A stretch of DNA of 64,000 nt from an uncultured Prochlorococcus sp. GTDB taxonomy: Bacteria > Cyanobacteriota > Cyanobacteriia > PCC-6307 > Cyanobiaceae. The translations under genes and the position numbers were made by a program. How positions within the stretch are numbered: position 1 is the first letter of the stretch; each line of letters opens with the position of its first letter. A model generated the notes under the pieces. That model saw nothing but the letters and a program-made list of their open reading frames with translations, ran no database searches and was not told where the DNA came from. The stretch is from assembly GCA_902527105.1 (NCBI GenBank), contig CABZNT010000002.1:96706-160705 (forward strand). Direction: 5' to 3'. Below are positions 28,823-38,605 of the stretch, one piece after another.

Positions 28823-29398
28823 GTGTCACTTATTTCTAGATTAAAGGCAGTTGTTGCAGGTGATGAGTATCTCGATGATGATTTTGATGAGTTGGATTAT
28901 GCTTCAGAGGATGAATTAAATGATATTAATAATTTCAAACAAAATCCAAAGAATGCAAATGCCCTTGCGAATTCAAACCCATTCGATTTTATGAATAACA
29001 ACAGATCATCTAAAGTGGTTGGTATGCCTGGCATCTCAAATTCATCCTCAGAAGTAAGCTTAATGGAACCAAGAAGTTTTGATGAGATGCCTCAAGCTAT
29101 ACAAGCATTAAGAGAAAGAAAAACTGTAATTCTTAATTTAACAATGATGGATCCTGATCAAGCTCAAAGAGCGGTTGATTTTATTGCTGGGGGCACATAT
29201 GCAATTGATGGACATCAAGAGAGAGTCGGTGAAAGTATTTTTCTTTTTGCTCCAAGTTGTGTAAATGTGACTAGTTCCTCCCCAGACGAAGCTTCTCCTT
29301 CTTCCGTGCCTACAGAAAACACGCCAAAATATAGTTTGGGCAAAAATACTACTCCTGAACCAGCATGGGGTAATTCTAAATTAAGTGCTTATTCATGA
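28823..29398 (+). CDS. sepF: cell division protein SepF
   Basis: [24 protein letters not shown]. Confidence 0.95.
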   Translation: MSLISRLKAVVAGDEYLDDDFDELDYASEDELNDINNFKQNPKNANALANSNPFDFMNNNRSSKVVGMPGISNSSSEVSLMEPRSFDEMPQAIQALRERKTVILNLTMMDPDQAQRAVDFIAGGTYAIDGHQERVGESIFLFAPSCVNVTSSSPDEASPSSVPTENTPKYSLGKNTTPEPAWGNSKLSAYS

Positions 29399-29405
29399 TT
29401 AATCT

Positions 29406-30218
29406 GTGACAGATAAAATTGCGATTATTGGTTTTGGAAATATTGCAAGTGCTATAGTTACCCCTCTATTAGATAATAAATTAATTCAGCCAGAGAATGT
29501 TTTTTGTGTTGTAAATACAGAAAAAAGTTTAGAAAATATAAAAAAAAATTATAAATATAATATAAATGTTTATAAATCAGGTTCTAAAAAGTCAAATATA
29601 ATTTGGGATTGTCAATATAAACTTCTTTCTATAAAACCTCAGCAATTAAATGATATAAGTGAGGCACATCATATAAAAAACAAGGACAATTTAATAGTTT
29701 CAATTCTTGCAGGGGTTTCAATAAATAGACTTACTCAAAAGTTTCCTAATCATAAATGTGTGAGGGTGGTTACAAATATTCCAATAACTATTGGAAAAGG
29801 TTTAACAGGGATTTCTTGGGGAGAAGAAATTACAGAAGATCAGAAACAATTTACAAAAAAATTATTTGAAAATACTAGTAAAATTTATGAATTTACTGAA
29901 GATTACCTTGATATATTTTTAGCTTTAACTTCATCAGGTCCTGCAATTATTGCTTTAATTATAGAATCATTAAGTGATGGAGGATTAAGCGGGGGATTAC
30001 CAAAAATAATTTCAGAGGAACTTGTTATGGAAATGATACTAGGGACTATTTGCCTAATAAAGGAAAATAAACTTACTACTTCTGAGCTTAAAAATTTAGT
30101 AACCTCTCCAGGTGGCACAACTATTTCTGCTTTAAGGGTTTTAGAAAAAAAGAGTGTAAGGTCAGCATTAATTGAATCAATAGTTTCTGCTAGTAATCGA
30201 AGTAAAGAGTTTCGTTAA
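29406..30218 (+). CDS. proC: pyrroline-5-carboxylate reductase
   Basis: IGFGN, SGPA, VTSPGGTTI. Confidence 0.95.
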   Translation: MTDKIAIIGFGNIASAIVTPLLDNKLIQPENVFCVVNTEKSLENIKKNYKYNINVYKSGSKKSNIIWDCQYKLLSIKPQQLNDISEAHHIKNKDNLIVSILAGVSINRLTQKFPNHKCVRVVTNIPITIGKGLTGISWGEEITEDQKQFTKKLFENTSKIYEFTEDYLDIFLALTSSGPAIIALIIESLSDGGLSGGLPKIISEELVMEMILGTICLIKENKLTTSELKNLVTSPGGTTISALRVLEKKSVRSALIESIVSASNRSKEFR

Positions 30219-30222
30219 GTTT

Positions 30223-31380
30223 TCAATTATCTTTTAAGTTAATATAAACTTTTTCAAGTGAATTTATATTTTTAGCAATTGTGTATCTATCAAGTATGCG
30301 TTCTCTAGCTTTTTCTCCAAGATCTTTTGTAAATGAAGGGTGTTCTACAAGTATTGGGATTATAGTTTTTAATTGTGCAGCCACATTATCAGTTGAAATT
30401 ACTATTCCTGCTCCGTTATCTAACACTTCACCATCAGCTCCGGCATCTGTAGCAATACAAGCAGTACCAGCAGACATTGCCTCTAAAAGTGATAATGATA
30501 AACCCTCTACTAAGCTTGGTAAGAAAAATACTTCCGCTATTTGCATTAATGCTATCCTGGTTCCTAAATCTAATTCGGCACCCCACCAAATTAATTTCTT
30601 ATTACCAAGGTTAGAAAAACTATTTTCAAGTGTTGGCTTCATTGGTCCATCCCCAACAATAACTAATTTGCAATTTTGAGTTTTTGTTTGGCGCCAAGAA
30701 CGTAAAAGTGCCTCGATATTTTTCTCACTAGCAATCCTACCCATATATAAAAATATTCTTTCATTTCCAAGTTTGTTTTTTACCTGATCATATTTTTTAC
30801 TTTTTTCACAAAAAGGTTTCCAAATATTTTCATCAACCCCGTTTGGAATAATTATTTGTTTTTCTTTAGGTACTCCTAATTTATAAAGAACATTTTTTTG
30901 AGGTTCAGAAAAAATAATTATTTTATCGAACTTTGCTAAAGAGGGAGCGTAAAGTTGATAAGTTAACTGTTGAGTGCTTGCAGTTAGATTTCTATTTTTT
31001 GCATCAAATGGTGGATGAAATGTTCCTATAAGAGGAACATTAATTTCATTACAAAGCTCTGGAAGTCTAAAGTCTAATGGAGATAAAGTTAGGCTTGCAT
31101 GTACTATGTCAGGTTTTAATCTTTCTAATGATAGCCTTAGCTCTTTTTCTGCTCTTGGCGAGGGTATTGTATAAACTTGAGATTTAATTAAATATGGGAG
31201 ACTTACATCAGGATCATTTGCAAGGAATAATGGTTTTGATGAATTTGAACTAGAGGGATTGTCGAAATGAATAAAACTAATTTTATGCCCTCTGGCCTTC
31301 AATTCCTTAGTAGTTGAATTACCATAAGTTACATTTCCGCAAAAAGGGGATTTTTTACCCAACCATGCAATATGAACCAC
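30223..31380 (-). CDS. glycosyltransferase family 4
   Basis: IPNGVD, MGRIASEKN, EGLSLSLLEAM. Confidence 0.9.
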   Translation of the reverse strand: MVHIAWLGKKSPFCGNVTYGNSTTKELKARGHKISFIHFDNPSSSNSSKPLFLANDPDVSLPYLIKSQVYTIPSPRAEKELRLSLERLKPDIVHASLTLSPLDFRLPELCNEINVPLIGTFHPPFDAKNRNLTASTQQLTYQLYAPSLAKFDKIIIFSEPQKNVLYKLGVPKEKQIIIPNGVDENIWKPFCEKSKKYDQVKNKLGNERIFLYMGRIASEKNIEALLRSWRQTKTQNCKLVIVGDGPMKPTLENSFSNLGNKKLIWWGAELDLGTRIALMQIAEVFFLPSLVEGLSLSLLEAMSAGTACIATDAGADGEVLDNGAGIVISTDNVAAQLKTIIPILVEHPSFTKDLGEKARERILDRYTIAKNINSLEKVYINLKDN

Positions 31381-31465
31381 ATTAATTGATTTAGCTATTT
31401 ATAAAGTTAACAGTCAGAGTCGCTATGATCATAATTTTTAAATTTATTAATGATTTATGAAAATC

Positions 31466-32251
31466 TTAACTATATATTTCTCTCAACATTTTTAGTGAAG
31501 ATAGATCTTTCTCTAGTTGAGCAGAGATCCAAGTCTCAATAATAAATAATATTTTAAGCCAGACTTTTTTAGGTCCCAATAATTCTCCATTAGATTTTAT
31601 TGGTAATTCGGGAAAAAGAAGTCTCTGCAGTAGAGCAACTTCAGATGCATTTATTTTTAGATTACTTTGAGGATCTTCCATGGACGAAAACCCTTCACTT
31701 GGCAAATAATAACAATTCCATTCCCAATTTCCTAAAGGCGGAATAATAGGTTCTCCAGTTTTACAGCAATGATGAATTGGTAAATTTATACCTCCTATGG
31801 CTAATAGATGGATTAAAGATTGAATACTCATTGAGAGCATTTTAATATCATCTTCTTTAGATTCTTCATACAAATAAATCCTATCTAGATGTGCTAGAAC
31901 ACAAGATAAATAGTTTTGTTGCTTGTCATTATTACCTACTAATAAAAAAGTTAATTCAGTTATTGCTTGCGCGGCTGCAAGACATTCAATATTTCTGCCT
32001 AGACCAGAATAGCTTTTTAATATTTTAATTTGACGTACAGATTTAAGATTTCTTTTCCCAAAAATTTGCAGACTTAAATATGTTAATGGAGTAGCTGCGG
32101 CAAGACTACTTTTAGGACGTCTGGCACCAGGTACCGCTAATCGAATAATCCCTCGCTCATCAGTAAGAATAGTTATTAATCTATCATTCTCACCTAATGG
32201 AGAAGCTTTAATACAGAGACCTTCTAGTCTGCACTCACCAGAACCAGACAT
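31466..32251 (-). CDS. recO: DNA repair protein RecO
   Basis: GENDRLITILT, GARRPKS. Confidence 0.9.
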   Translation of the reverse strand: MSGSGECRLEGLCIKASPLGENDRLITILTDERGIIRLAVPGARRPKSSLAAATPLTYLSLQIFGKRNLKSVRQIKILKSYSGLGRNIECLAAAQAITELTFLLVGNNDKQQNYLSCVLAHLDRIYLYEESKEDDIKMLSMSIQSLIHLLAIGGINLPIHHCCKTGEPIIPPLGNWEWNCYYLPSEGFSSMEDPQSNLKINASEVALLQRLLFPELPIKSNGELLGPKKVWLKILFIIETWISAQLEKDLSSLKMLREIYS

Positions 32252-32911
32252 TTAAATACCCTTTACTTCTTGAAAAATCTCACAAAAATTAGAAGTTCCA
32301 ACGCAACTAATTCCGTTATCAAACAAATCAATAACTTGGGTGAGTTTTTTTATACCGCCTACAACTTTGATGTGATTTTGGGATCCCGTTATTTTTAGTA
32401 TTTCCGATATATCATTTGTTGTAATAGGAGGCCCAAAACCATCCCCGAATTGAAAATTTTTTATTCCTAATTCTAAAGATATTTCAATCGCATTGTATAA
32501 AACTTCTTTTTGTAGTTTTGATTTATTTATGATTATTGAAACTGGTAATCCAGATAACTTCACTTGCTCAATTTCAGCAGCGAAAGTTTCTAAATTTCTT
32601 TTGGATAAATTGATAAAGTTTGGGATATATTCAATTCCTTTTGCACCCTTATCTTTTGCAAAACAAACTAATTCTTCAATAAATGAAACTGGTAAATCTG
32701 CTAAAGGGTAAGAAATAAGTGCGTTTATATCCGCACTGTAATTACCCAAACAGTTTTTAAGATCAGTTAAATAATTTAGTGAAGTAGAAATATTTTTGAT
32801 ATTGTATTTTCTTATTAAATCGCAATTCACACAGAAATCTTCCCATGATAAATAGGGGTTAATAATAATCGCATGAATTTTCTCGTGTAATTCATATTCA
32901 ATATTGGGCAT
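32252..32911 (-). CDS. deoC: DeoC-like aldolase, degenerate active site
   Basis: IS.P, GFG, IKVVGGI; position between recO and hpf. Confidence 0.75.
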   Translation of the reverse strand: MPNIEYELHEKIHAIIINPYLSWEDFCVNCDLIRKYNIKNISTSLNYLTDLKNCLGNYSADINALISYPLADLPVSFIEELVCFAKDKGAKGIEYIPNFINLSKRNLETFAAEIEQVKLSGLPVSIIINKSKLQKEVLYNAIEISLELGIKNFQFGDGFGPPITTNDISEILKITGSQNHIKVVGGIKKLTQVIDLFDNGISCVGTSNFCEIFQEVKGI

Positions 32912-32918
32912 TTAAAAC

Positions 32919-33503
32919 TTATTTAGATTGAATCAATCCATAACCTCCATGATTCCTTTTATATATAACTTGAAGTTCATTATTTTTCTTGTTTCGAAAA
33001 ACATAAAAATCATGATCAATTAGATCTAATTGTTTTCTTGCTTCGTCTGATGAAATTGGAGTCATTTCAAAGTATTTATTTTTTATAGATGGCTCAGGCA
33101 GACTTGCTTCAGTTCCTTCTTTAAAAAAAGCTTTATCTAAAAAATTTGATTCCATACTTTCAATTGGTAAAGAATCTTTATTTTTAAATTGTTTATTATG
33201 AATTGTTTTATTGTTTCTTTCTTTGTATTTGCGTAATTTTCTACAAAGTTTATTTGAAACTAAATCAATGCTTGAGTATAGATTTTCAGTTTTTTCTTCA
33301 GCTCTAATTACGGTACCATTTGCAAAAATAGTAACTTCTGCAGTTTGGAACGAGACTCTTGGATTCTTTTCAATTGAAAGGTGTATGTCAGCTTCTTTAA
33401 CGATATCCTTATAGTGATGTGTTGCTTTTTCTATCTTTGCCTCAGTATATTCTTTTAATGCTCCAGTGAGCTCAAGATTCTTTCCATGGATTAAAATTTT
33501 CAT
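32919..33503 (-). CDS. hpf: ribosome hibernation factor (LrtA/HPF)
   Basis: IHGKNLELT, LYSSID, LIDHDFYVF, YKRNHGGYG. Confidence 0.95.
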   Translation of the reverse strand: MKILIHGKNLELTGALKEYTEAKIEKATHHYKDIVKEADIHLSIEKNPRVSFQTAEVTIFANGTVIRAEEKTENLYSSIDLVSNKLCRKLRKYKERNNKTIHNKQFKNKDSLPIESMESNFLDKAFFKEGTEASLPEPSIKNKYFEMTPISSDEARKQLDLIDHDFYVFRNKKNNELQVIYKRNHGGYGLIQSK

Positions 33504-33547
33504 AACAAATCTAAAAATATTTACTTACTTTCTAAATCTACTTAAAT

Positions 33548-34198
33548 ATGGATAATAGAACAGCAATAATTAAACAACCTGATAATATTTCTTCTTTTAA
33601 TGATGTTTATAAATTACAAAAAGAATATCAGGAGGCATTGATTTTAGATAATTCTAACCCTGATTTTATTTGGATAGGGGAGCATCAACTCTGTTATACA
33701 TTAGGGAGAGGATCTAATTACGATAATTTATTATTTTCTCTAAATGATGCTAAATATGATGTTTTTAAGATTGATAGAGGTGGTGAGGTAACTTGTCATA
33801 TGCCAGGACAATTAGTAACGTATTTGGTTTTAGATTTGAAAAATTTTAATAAAGATTTAAATTGGTACTTAAGAAAAATTGAAGAAATTATTATAAAAAT
33901 CCTTGGAGCTTTTAAAATAGATTGTCACTCTAGAAAAGGGTTTACTGGTGTTTGGATAGGAAATAAGAAAATCGCATCAATTGGAATTGGGTGTAAAAGA
34001 TGGATTACGATAAATGGATTTTCAATCAATATTGACTGCGAATTAGAAAACTTTAATAAGATTGTTCCTTGCGGAATAGAAAATTGTCTTATGGCAAATA
34101 TGGTTGATTACAATAAAAATTTAAATATTCAAGAAGTCAAGAGAATTGTTAAAAAAACCATCGAGGAAGAATTTAATTTTGATTTTATATCAAAATAG
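33548..34198 (+). CDS. lipB: octanoyltransferase
   Basis: EH..CYTLG, RGGEVT.H.PGQ, KIASIG, IVPCG. Confidence 0.95.
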   Translation: MDNRTAIIKQPDNISSFNDVYKLQKEYQEALILDNSNPDFIWIGEHQLCYTLGRGSNYDNLLFSLNDAKYDVFKIDRGGEVTCHMPGQLVTYLVLDLKNFNKDLNWYLRKIEEIIIKILGAFKIDCHSRKGFTGVWIGNKKIASIGIGCKRWITINGFSINIDCELENFNKIVPCGIENCLMANMVDYNKNLNIQEVKRIVKKTIEEEFNFDFISK

Positions 34199-34225
34199 AA
34201 ATTAAAATTTCAAAATCAATTTAAT

Positions 34226-36169
34226 ATGGGTGATTTAGCGTATTGGCCTGCAGCCAAACCTCTTTCTAAAAAAAATACATTTGCCAAAAATAGAGATTTT
34301 TTTAAGAACCTTGATCATATAGATCAAATTTGGGAAAAATTAAAATTTAAATGTGGTGATACTTTAGCTGTTTGCGATTTAAGAGGGAAATACAAAGAAA
34401 AATTTTCTTATTCTGAGCTGGCTGATTTAATAACAAAAGTCTCTTCTTCTTTCGAAAATTATGGTTTAAAAAAGGGGGATGTAGTTACTGTAATATCTGA
34501 AAATTCTCCAAGATGGCTAGCAGTAGATCAAGGCTTAATGCGTTTAGGAGCTATAAATGCAGTGAGAGGTATTAATTCTCCTTCAGTAGAATTAGACTAT
34601 ATTATTGGGCACTCTAATTCAGTAGGACTAATAGTTCAATCTAAGGAAATTTGGCTAAAGTTAAACAACAAAGAAGAATTAAAAAAAAGACTGAAATTTA
34701 TAATCAATTTAGAAGATGAACAATTTGAAAGTTTAATAAGTTGGAGTACATTCATAAGTTCAGTAGAAAAAGAAAATTTACAAAATAATAATCTTGAAAA
34801 ATTTAATCCAGAAATTGATGACGTCGCTACCATTCTTTACACTTCTGGGACGACCGGAAAACCTAAAGGTGTGCCTTTGACTCATGCAAATTTTTTACAT
34901 CAAATAATCAATTTAGCCTATATCGCTGATCCAGAACCAGGAACCTCTGTATTAAGCGTTTTGCCTATCTGGCATTCTTATGAGAGAAGTGCTGAATACT
35001 TCTTTTTTTCATGCGGTTGTTCTCAATACTATACAATTCCAAAATTTCTTAAAGATGATATTACACAAATAAAACCTGTTGTCATGGCTACTGTACCGAG
35101 ACTATGGGAAGCAATACATGATGGTTTTTTTCAGGCTTTGAAAAAAATGCCTTCCAAAAAGCAAAAACTTATTAAGTTTTTGATAAGTAATAGTTCGGTT
35201 TTCAAAAGAAGTCTTAGAAAGATAAGAAATATAGATATAAATCAAATAACTTTTAAATCAAAAATCCCCTTACTGGGTTCTGTTATTAGCCGATACCCTT
35301 TACATAAATTATCTACTATTTTTTTATGGCCGAATATTCTTAGACAACTATGCGGAGAAAAACTGAAATTTCCTATTAATGGTGGAGGTGCATTGCCAGA
35401 ACATGTAGATCTTTTTTTTGAATCTTTAGGTGTAGATGTTTTGGTGGGATATGGACTCACAGAAACTAGTCCAGTATTAACTTGTAGGAGAAGAGAATTA
35501 AATGTTAGAGGATCATCTGGGCAGCCTCTTTCATTTACTGAAATCAAAATAGTGAATGATGATAAAAAAAAGATTCTGAAGTTCAGAGAAGTCGGGAAAA
35601 TTCTTGTTAGGGGGCCGCAAGTAATGAAAGGTTATCTTAATAATGAAATAGCTACAAATGATGTTTTATCCAAGGATGGTTGGTTTGATACTGGTGATTT
35701 AGGTTTTCTAATACCAAATGGTTCTCTCTTTATAACGGGAAGAGCCAAGGATACAATAGTGCTATCAAGTGGTGAAAATATAGAACCGAATCCGCTAGAG
35801 ACTGAAATTCTTAGTTCAGAATTTATTAATCAGATTCAATTAGTAGGACAAGATAAGAAATGTTTAACAGCTCTCGTAGTTCCTAATGTCGAATTGGTTA
35901 AAAGCAAGTTTTTGGAAGAAGACCTTTCAAAATTAAACCTGAATAAGAAAATTGGTACATTTTTCAAATCACAAATTAATAAGTTGCTTAAAAGTCGATT
36001 AGGAGCAAGATCAGAAGAACGAATATTAGATTGTTATTTTGTTGATGCCTTTACTCTAGAAAATGGGTTATTAACACAAACTCTTAAACAAAAAAGAAAA
36101 GAAATAGAAAAAAAGTATTCATTACAAATAGAAAATATGTATGAAAACAAATTTAGTAAGAAAATTTGA
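34226..36169 (+). CDS. long-chain acyl-ACP/CoA synthetase (Aas/FadD)
   Basis: YTSGTTGKPKG, GYGLTET, TGDLG, GENIEP. Confidence 0.93.
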   Translation: MGDLAYWPAAKPLSKKNTFAKNRDFFKNLDHIDQIWEKLKFKCGDTLAVCDLRGKYKEKFSYSELADLITKVSSSFENYGLKKGDVVTVISENSPRWLAVDQGLMRLGAINAVRGINSPSVELDYIIGHSNSVGLIVQSKEIWLKLNNKEELKKRLKFIINLEDEQFESLISWSTFISSVEKENLQNNNLEKFNPEIDDVATILYTSGTTGKPKGVPLTHANFLHQIINLAYIADPEPGTSVLSVLPIWHSYERSAEYFFFSCGCSQYYTIPKFLKDDITQIKPVVMATVPRLWEAIHDGFFQALKKMPSKKQKLIKFLISNSSVFKRSLRKIRNIDINQITFKSKIPLLGSVISRYPLHKLSTIFLWPNILRQLCGEKLKFPINGGGALPEHVDLFFESLGVDVLVGYGLTETSPVLTCRRRELNVRGSSGQPLSFTEIKIVNDDKKKILKFREVGKILVRGPQVMKGYLNNEIATNDVLSKDGWFDTGDLGFLIPNGSLFITGRAKDTIVLSSGENIEPNPLETEILSSEFINQIQLVGQDKKCLTALVVPNVELVKSKFLEEDLSKLNLNKKIGTFFKSQINKLLKSRLGARSEERILDCYFVDAFTLENGLLTQTLKQKRKEIEKKYSLQIENMYENKFSKKI

Positions 36170-36207
36170 TTTGTTCTATCTATATTGAAAAGGTAATTTA
36201 ATTTTTT

Positions 36208-36651
36208 ATGGAAACAAAAAACTCAATATCTATAAAGCGCTCAATAGCTATTAAAGCTGTAGTTACACCAACTTGGAAGGAAGATGCTGAAAAAGAATTA
36301 AGTAAAGCAATTTCAAACATTGATCAGCAATTATCGCAACTGGAGCAAGAGGGGCAGCAAATAGTAAATAATATTAGATCCCAATCGGTTAATCCCCTAG
36401 ATCCAAGAGTTCAAGAACAGGTTAGTCAGGTGCAACAACAAGTCGCAGCAAAACGAAATGAAATTGAAGAACAGAAAAGAAATCTTCTTCAACAACAGAG
36501 TCAAGTTCGCGAATTAAAAATGGACGAAATTGTTGATCAAGGGCAAGTGGATAGTTTCTGTGATGTCACTGTGGGAGACAATCTTATTGAAAAAATGCAA
36601 GTATCGATTACGGTTAAGGATGGAGTTATTCAATCTATAGATAATAATTAA
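36208..36651 (+). CDS. YlqD family protein
   Basis: KAVVTPTWKE coiled coil, V.VGDNL. Confidence 0.88.
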   Translation: METKNSISIKRSIAIKAVVTPTWKEDAEKELSKAISNIDQQLSQLEQEGQQIVNNIRSQSVNPLDPRVQEQVSQVQQQVAAKRNEIEEQKRNLLQQQSQVRELKMDEIVDQGQVDSFCDVTVGDNLIEKMQVSITVKDGVIQSIDNN

Positions 36652-36733
36652 AGAGAAGATTTAGTATTTTTGATAAATATAAGTAAATCTTAATTTCGAA
36701 AAGTTTTAAATTCTAATCGATCTAAATTATTAC

Positions 36734-36881
36734 TTTCTTAAGTTTTAAGAGTTCCCACTGCGAACATGATTTCGTATAATTAAAACAAGAGTTTAAAGGG
36801 TTCTTAACCATAAAAAATTTAGGAAGTTTGGTAGAAATCCCTTGAAACTTATGCAATAACAATTTTCTTATGTCTCACGAA
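36734..36881 (+). repeat. left copy of the pdhC promoter/5' UTR plus first 4 codons (attL-like)
   Basis: GTTCCCACTG.GAACATGATTTCGTATAAT ... ATGTCTCACGAA also present at 38457-38605. Confidence 0.85.
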
Positions 36882-37076
36882 GATTCAATGCTTTAGTCAT
36901 ACCAAGCGTTTTACCCGTTAGACACCTGTTAGACACAAAATTTCATTATTATTAAGTTTAGTTCTAGACTACGATCCTTGAATATTACTTAGACAGAGAA
37001 TTAGACGTATTTTTATAAAAAAAATATCGAATTTTATGTATAATTTTATAATTTCAAAATAAAAAATTCGTCTAAA

Positions 37077-38429
37077 TTGAACAAATCAATTAAAGATCAA
37101 AATAAAGAAGTAAAAAAACGTAAAAAACTTTTGTTTCAAGCAAGCGGTAAATTTAGTCGTAGGGACTTTCAAGGAGCAATAAAAGATTATTCCAAATATA
37201 TTGAATTATTTTCTAAACCATATTTGGGTTTTGTTTATAGAAGTTTATGTAAAATGAAGGTTGAGGATTATAAAGGGGCGAAAATTGATATTTTAGAAGC
37301 AATAAAATTAGATCCTGCTAATGGGAAAGCATATGAAATATGGTTAGAACTACTGCTTTTAAAAGAAGGCAATATTAAGGAGATTCTTGAAATTTATAAA
37401 AAATGTCTTGAACTATCCGAGTTTAATTCTTACCTAGGATTTTATAAAGATAATACTCCTTTGTTAGATAAGGAACTTAATATTTGGACTAATGCAATCA
37501 ATGATATTCAAAAATATACACTACAAATAAGTATCAACGAGGAGATTGGTAATTCCCATTTTCAAAGAGGAATTTCAAAACAGAAATTATTCAATTTCAA
37601 AAATGTCATACCATTTTTGTCTATTTCTTTAATTAAACAAGTAATTGAAGATTTCACAAAGACTATTGAATTGAATTTTAGAAAAGCGGATTCCTATTTT
37701 CAAAGAGGGATTTCAAAATCTTTATTAGCACAAGAAGAAGAGGCAATTAAAGATATCACAATAGCGATTGAATTAAATCCCAAAAATGATGAGTATTTTG
37801 CTAGAAGAGGAGAATGTCAATACTTATCAAAAAAGTACAAAGAGGCAATTAAAGATATCACAATAGCGATTGAATTAAATCCCAAAAATGATGAGTATTT
37901 TGCTATGAGAGGAGAATTAAAATCTTCCTTGAAAAAATACAAAGAGGCGATAGAAGATTACTCAAAAGCAATTGAATTAAACCCCAAATGTAAAACATGC
38001 TTTCTTTCTAGAGGTGCATGTAAACAGTTTTCAAAGAAATACAAAGAGGCGATAGAAGATTTTACTATATACATTGATTCGCAGGATTGCGAAATAAATT
38101 TATTGGAAGCATTTGGAAGAATTGAATTTAATAAAGGAGGGGGTATGGTTGGAGCATATCTTGGTAGAGGTATTTGCTACAGGGAACTTAAAGATTATTT
38201 TAAAGCGATAGATGATTTTACAAATGCTATTGAATTACATCCCGAAGGATTCATTTATTCAAGTAGAGGAACTGCAAAGTTCCTAATAAAAGATTATGAA
38301 GGGGCACTTGAAGATTTTTTAACTTATAAAAACTATGAAATATCGGATGAAGAGAAAAAAGTAACTAATAAACGAATTTTATTATGCAAAGAAAAATTAT
38401 TAGAAATAGACGATATTTTAAAAATCTAA
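37077..38429 (+). CDS. tetratricopeptide repeat protein (element cargo)
   Basis: repeated YF.RG....Y.EAI.D..AIELNP 34-aa units. Confidence 0.9.
   Translation: MNKSIKDQNKEVKKRKKLLFQASGKFSRRDFQGAIKDYSKYIELFSKPYLGFVYRSLCKMKVEDYKGAKIDILEAIKLDPANGKAYEIWLELLLLKEGNIKEILEIYKKCLELSEFNSYLGFYKDNTPLLDKELNIWTNAINDIQKYTLQISINEEIGNSHFQRGISKQKLFNFKNVIPFLSISLIKQVIEDFTKTIELNFRKADSYFQRGISKSLLAQEEEAIKDITIAIELNPKNDEYFARRGECQYLSKKYKEAIKDITIAIELNPKNDEYFAMRGELKSSLKKYKEAIEDYSKAIELNPKCKTCFLSRGACKQFSKKYKEAIEDFTIYIDSQDCEINLLEAFGRIEFNKGGGMVGAYLGRGICYRELKDYFKAIDDFTNAIELHPEGFIYSSRGTAKFLIKDYEGALEDFLTYKNYEISDEEKKVTNKRILLCKEKLLEIDDILKI
37738..37905 (+). repeat. exact 66-bp repeat at 102-bp period within the TPR gene
   Basis: AAGAGGCAATTAAAGATATC...GAGTATTTTGCTA at 37738 and 37840. 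Confidence 0.9.
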
Positions 38430-38456
38430 TGATTTTTTTATTTGTGTAATTATAAA

Positions 38457-38605
38457 TTTCTTAACTTAAGTTGGTTCCCACTGTGAACATGATTTCGTAT
38501 AATAAGTATATAAGTTTTAAGGGTGCCTAACCTAATAAATTCTAGACAGTTTGGTAGACAATCCCTGAGAACCCTTGCAATAACTACAGCACTATGTCTC
38601 ACGAA
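38457..38605 (+). repeat. right, diverged copy of the pdhC promoter/5' UTR (attR-like)
   Basis: see left copy; TATAAT at 38498-38503. Confidence 0.85.

Larger units (their letters stand above)
36870..38605. mobile_element. integrase-less mini element inserted at the pdhC start codon
   Basis: direct repeat ATGTCTCACGAA at 36870 and 38594 (1724 bp apart), inverted symmetry across the reconstituted junction, TAGACA repeats at both ends, single cargo gene. Confidence 0.7.

Noticed and set aside
37077-38429. TPR repeats as a DGR template/variable pair or a CRISPR array
   Set aside because: The repeats are in-frame 102-bp protein units with no adenine-specific mismatch pattern, and no reverse transcriptase or cas gene is present.
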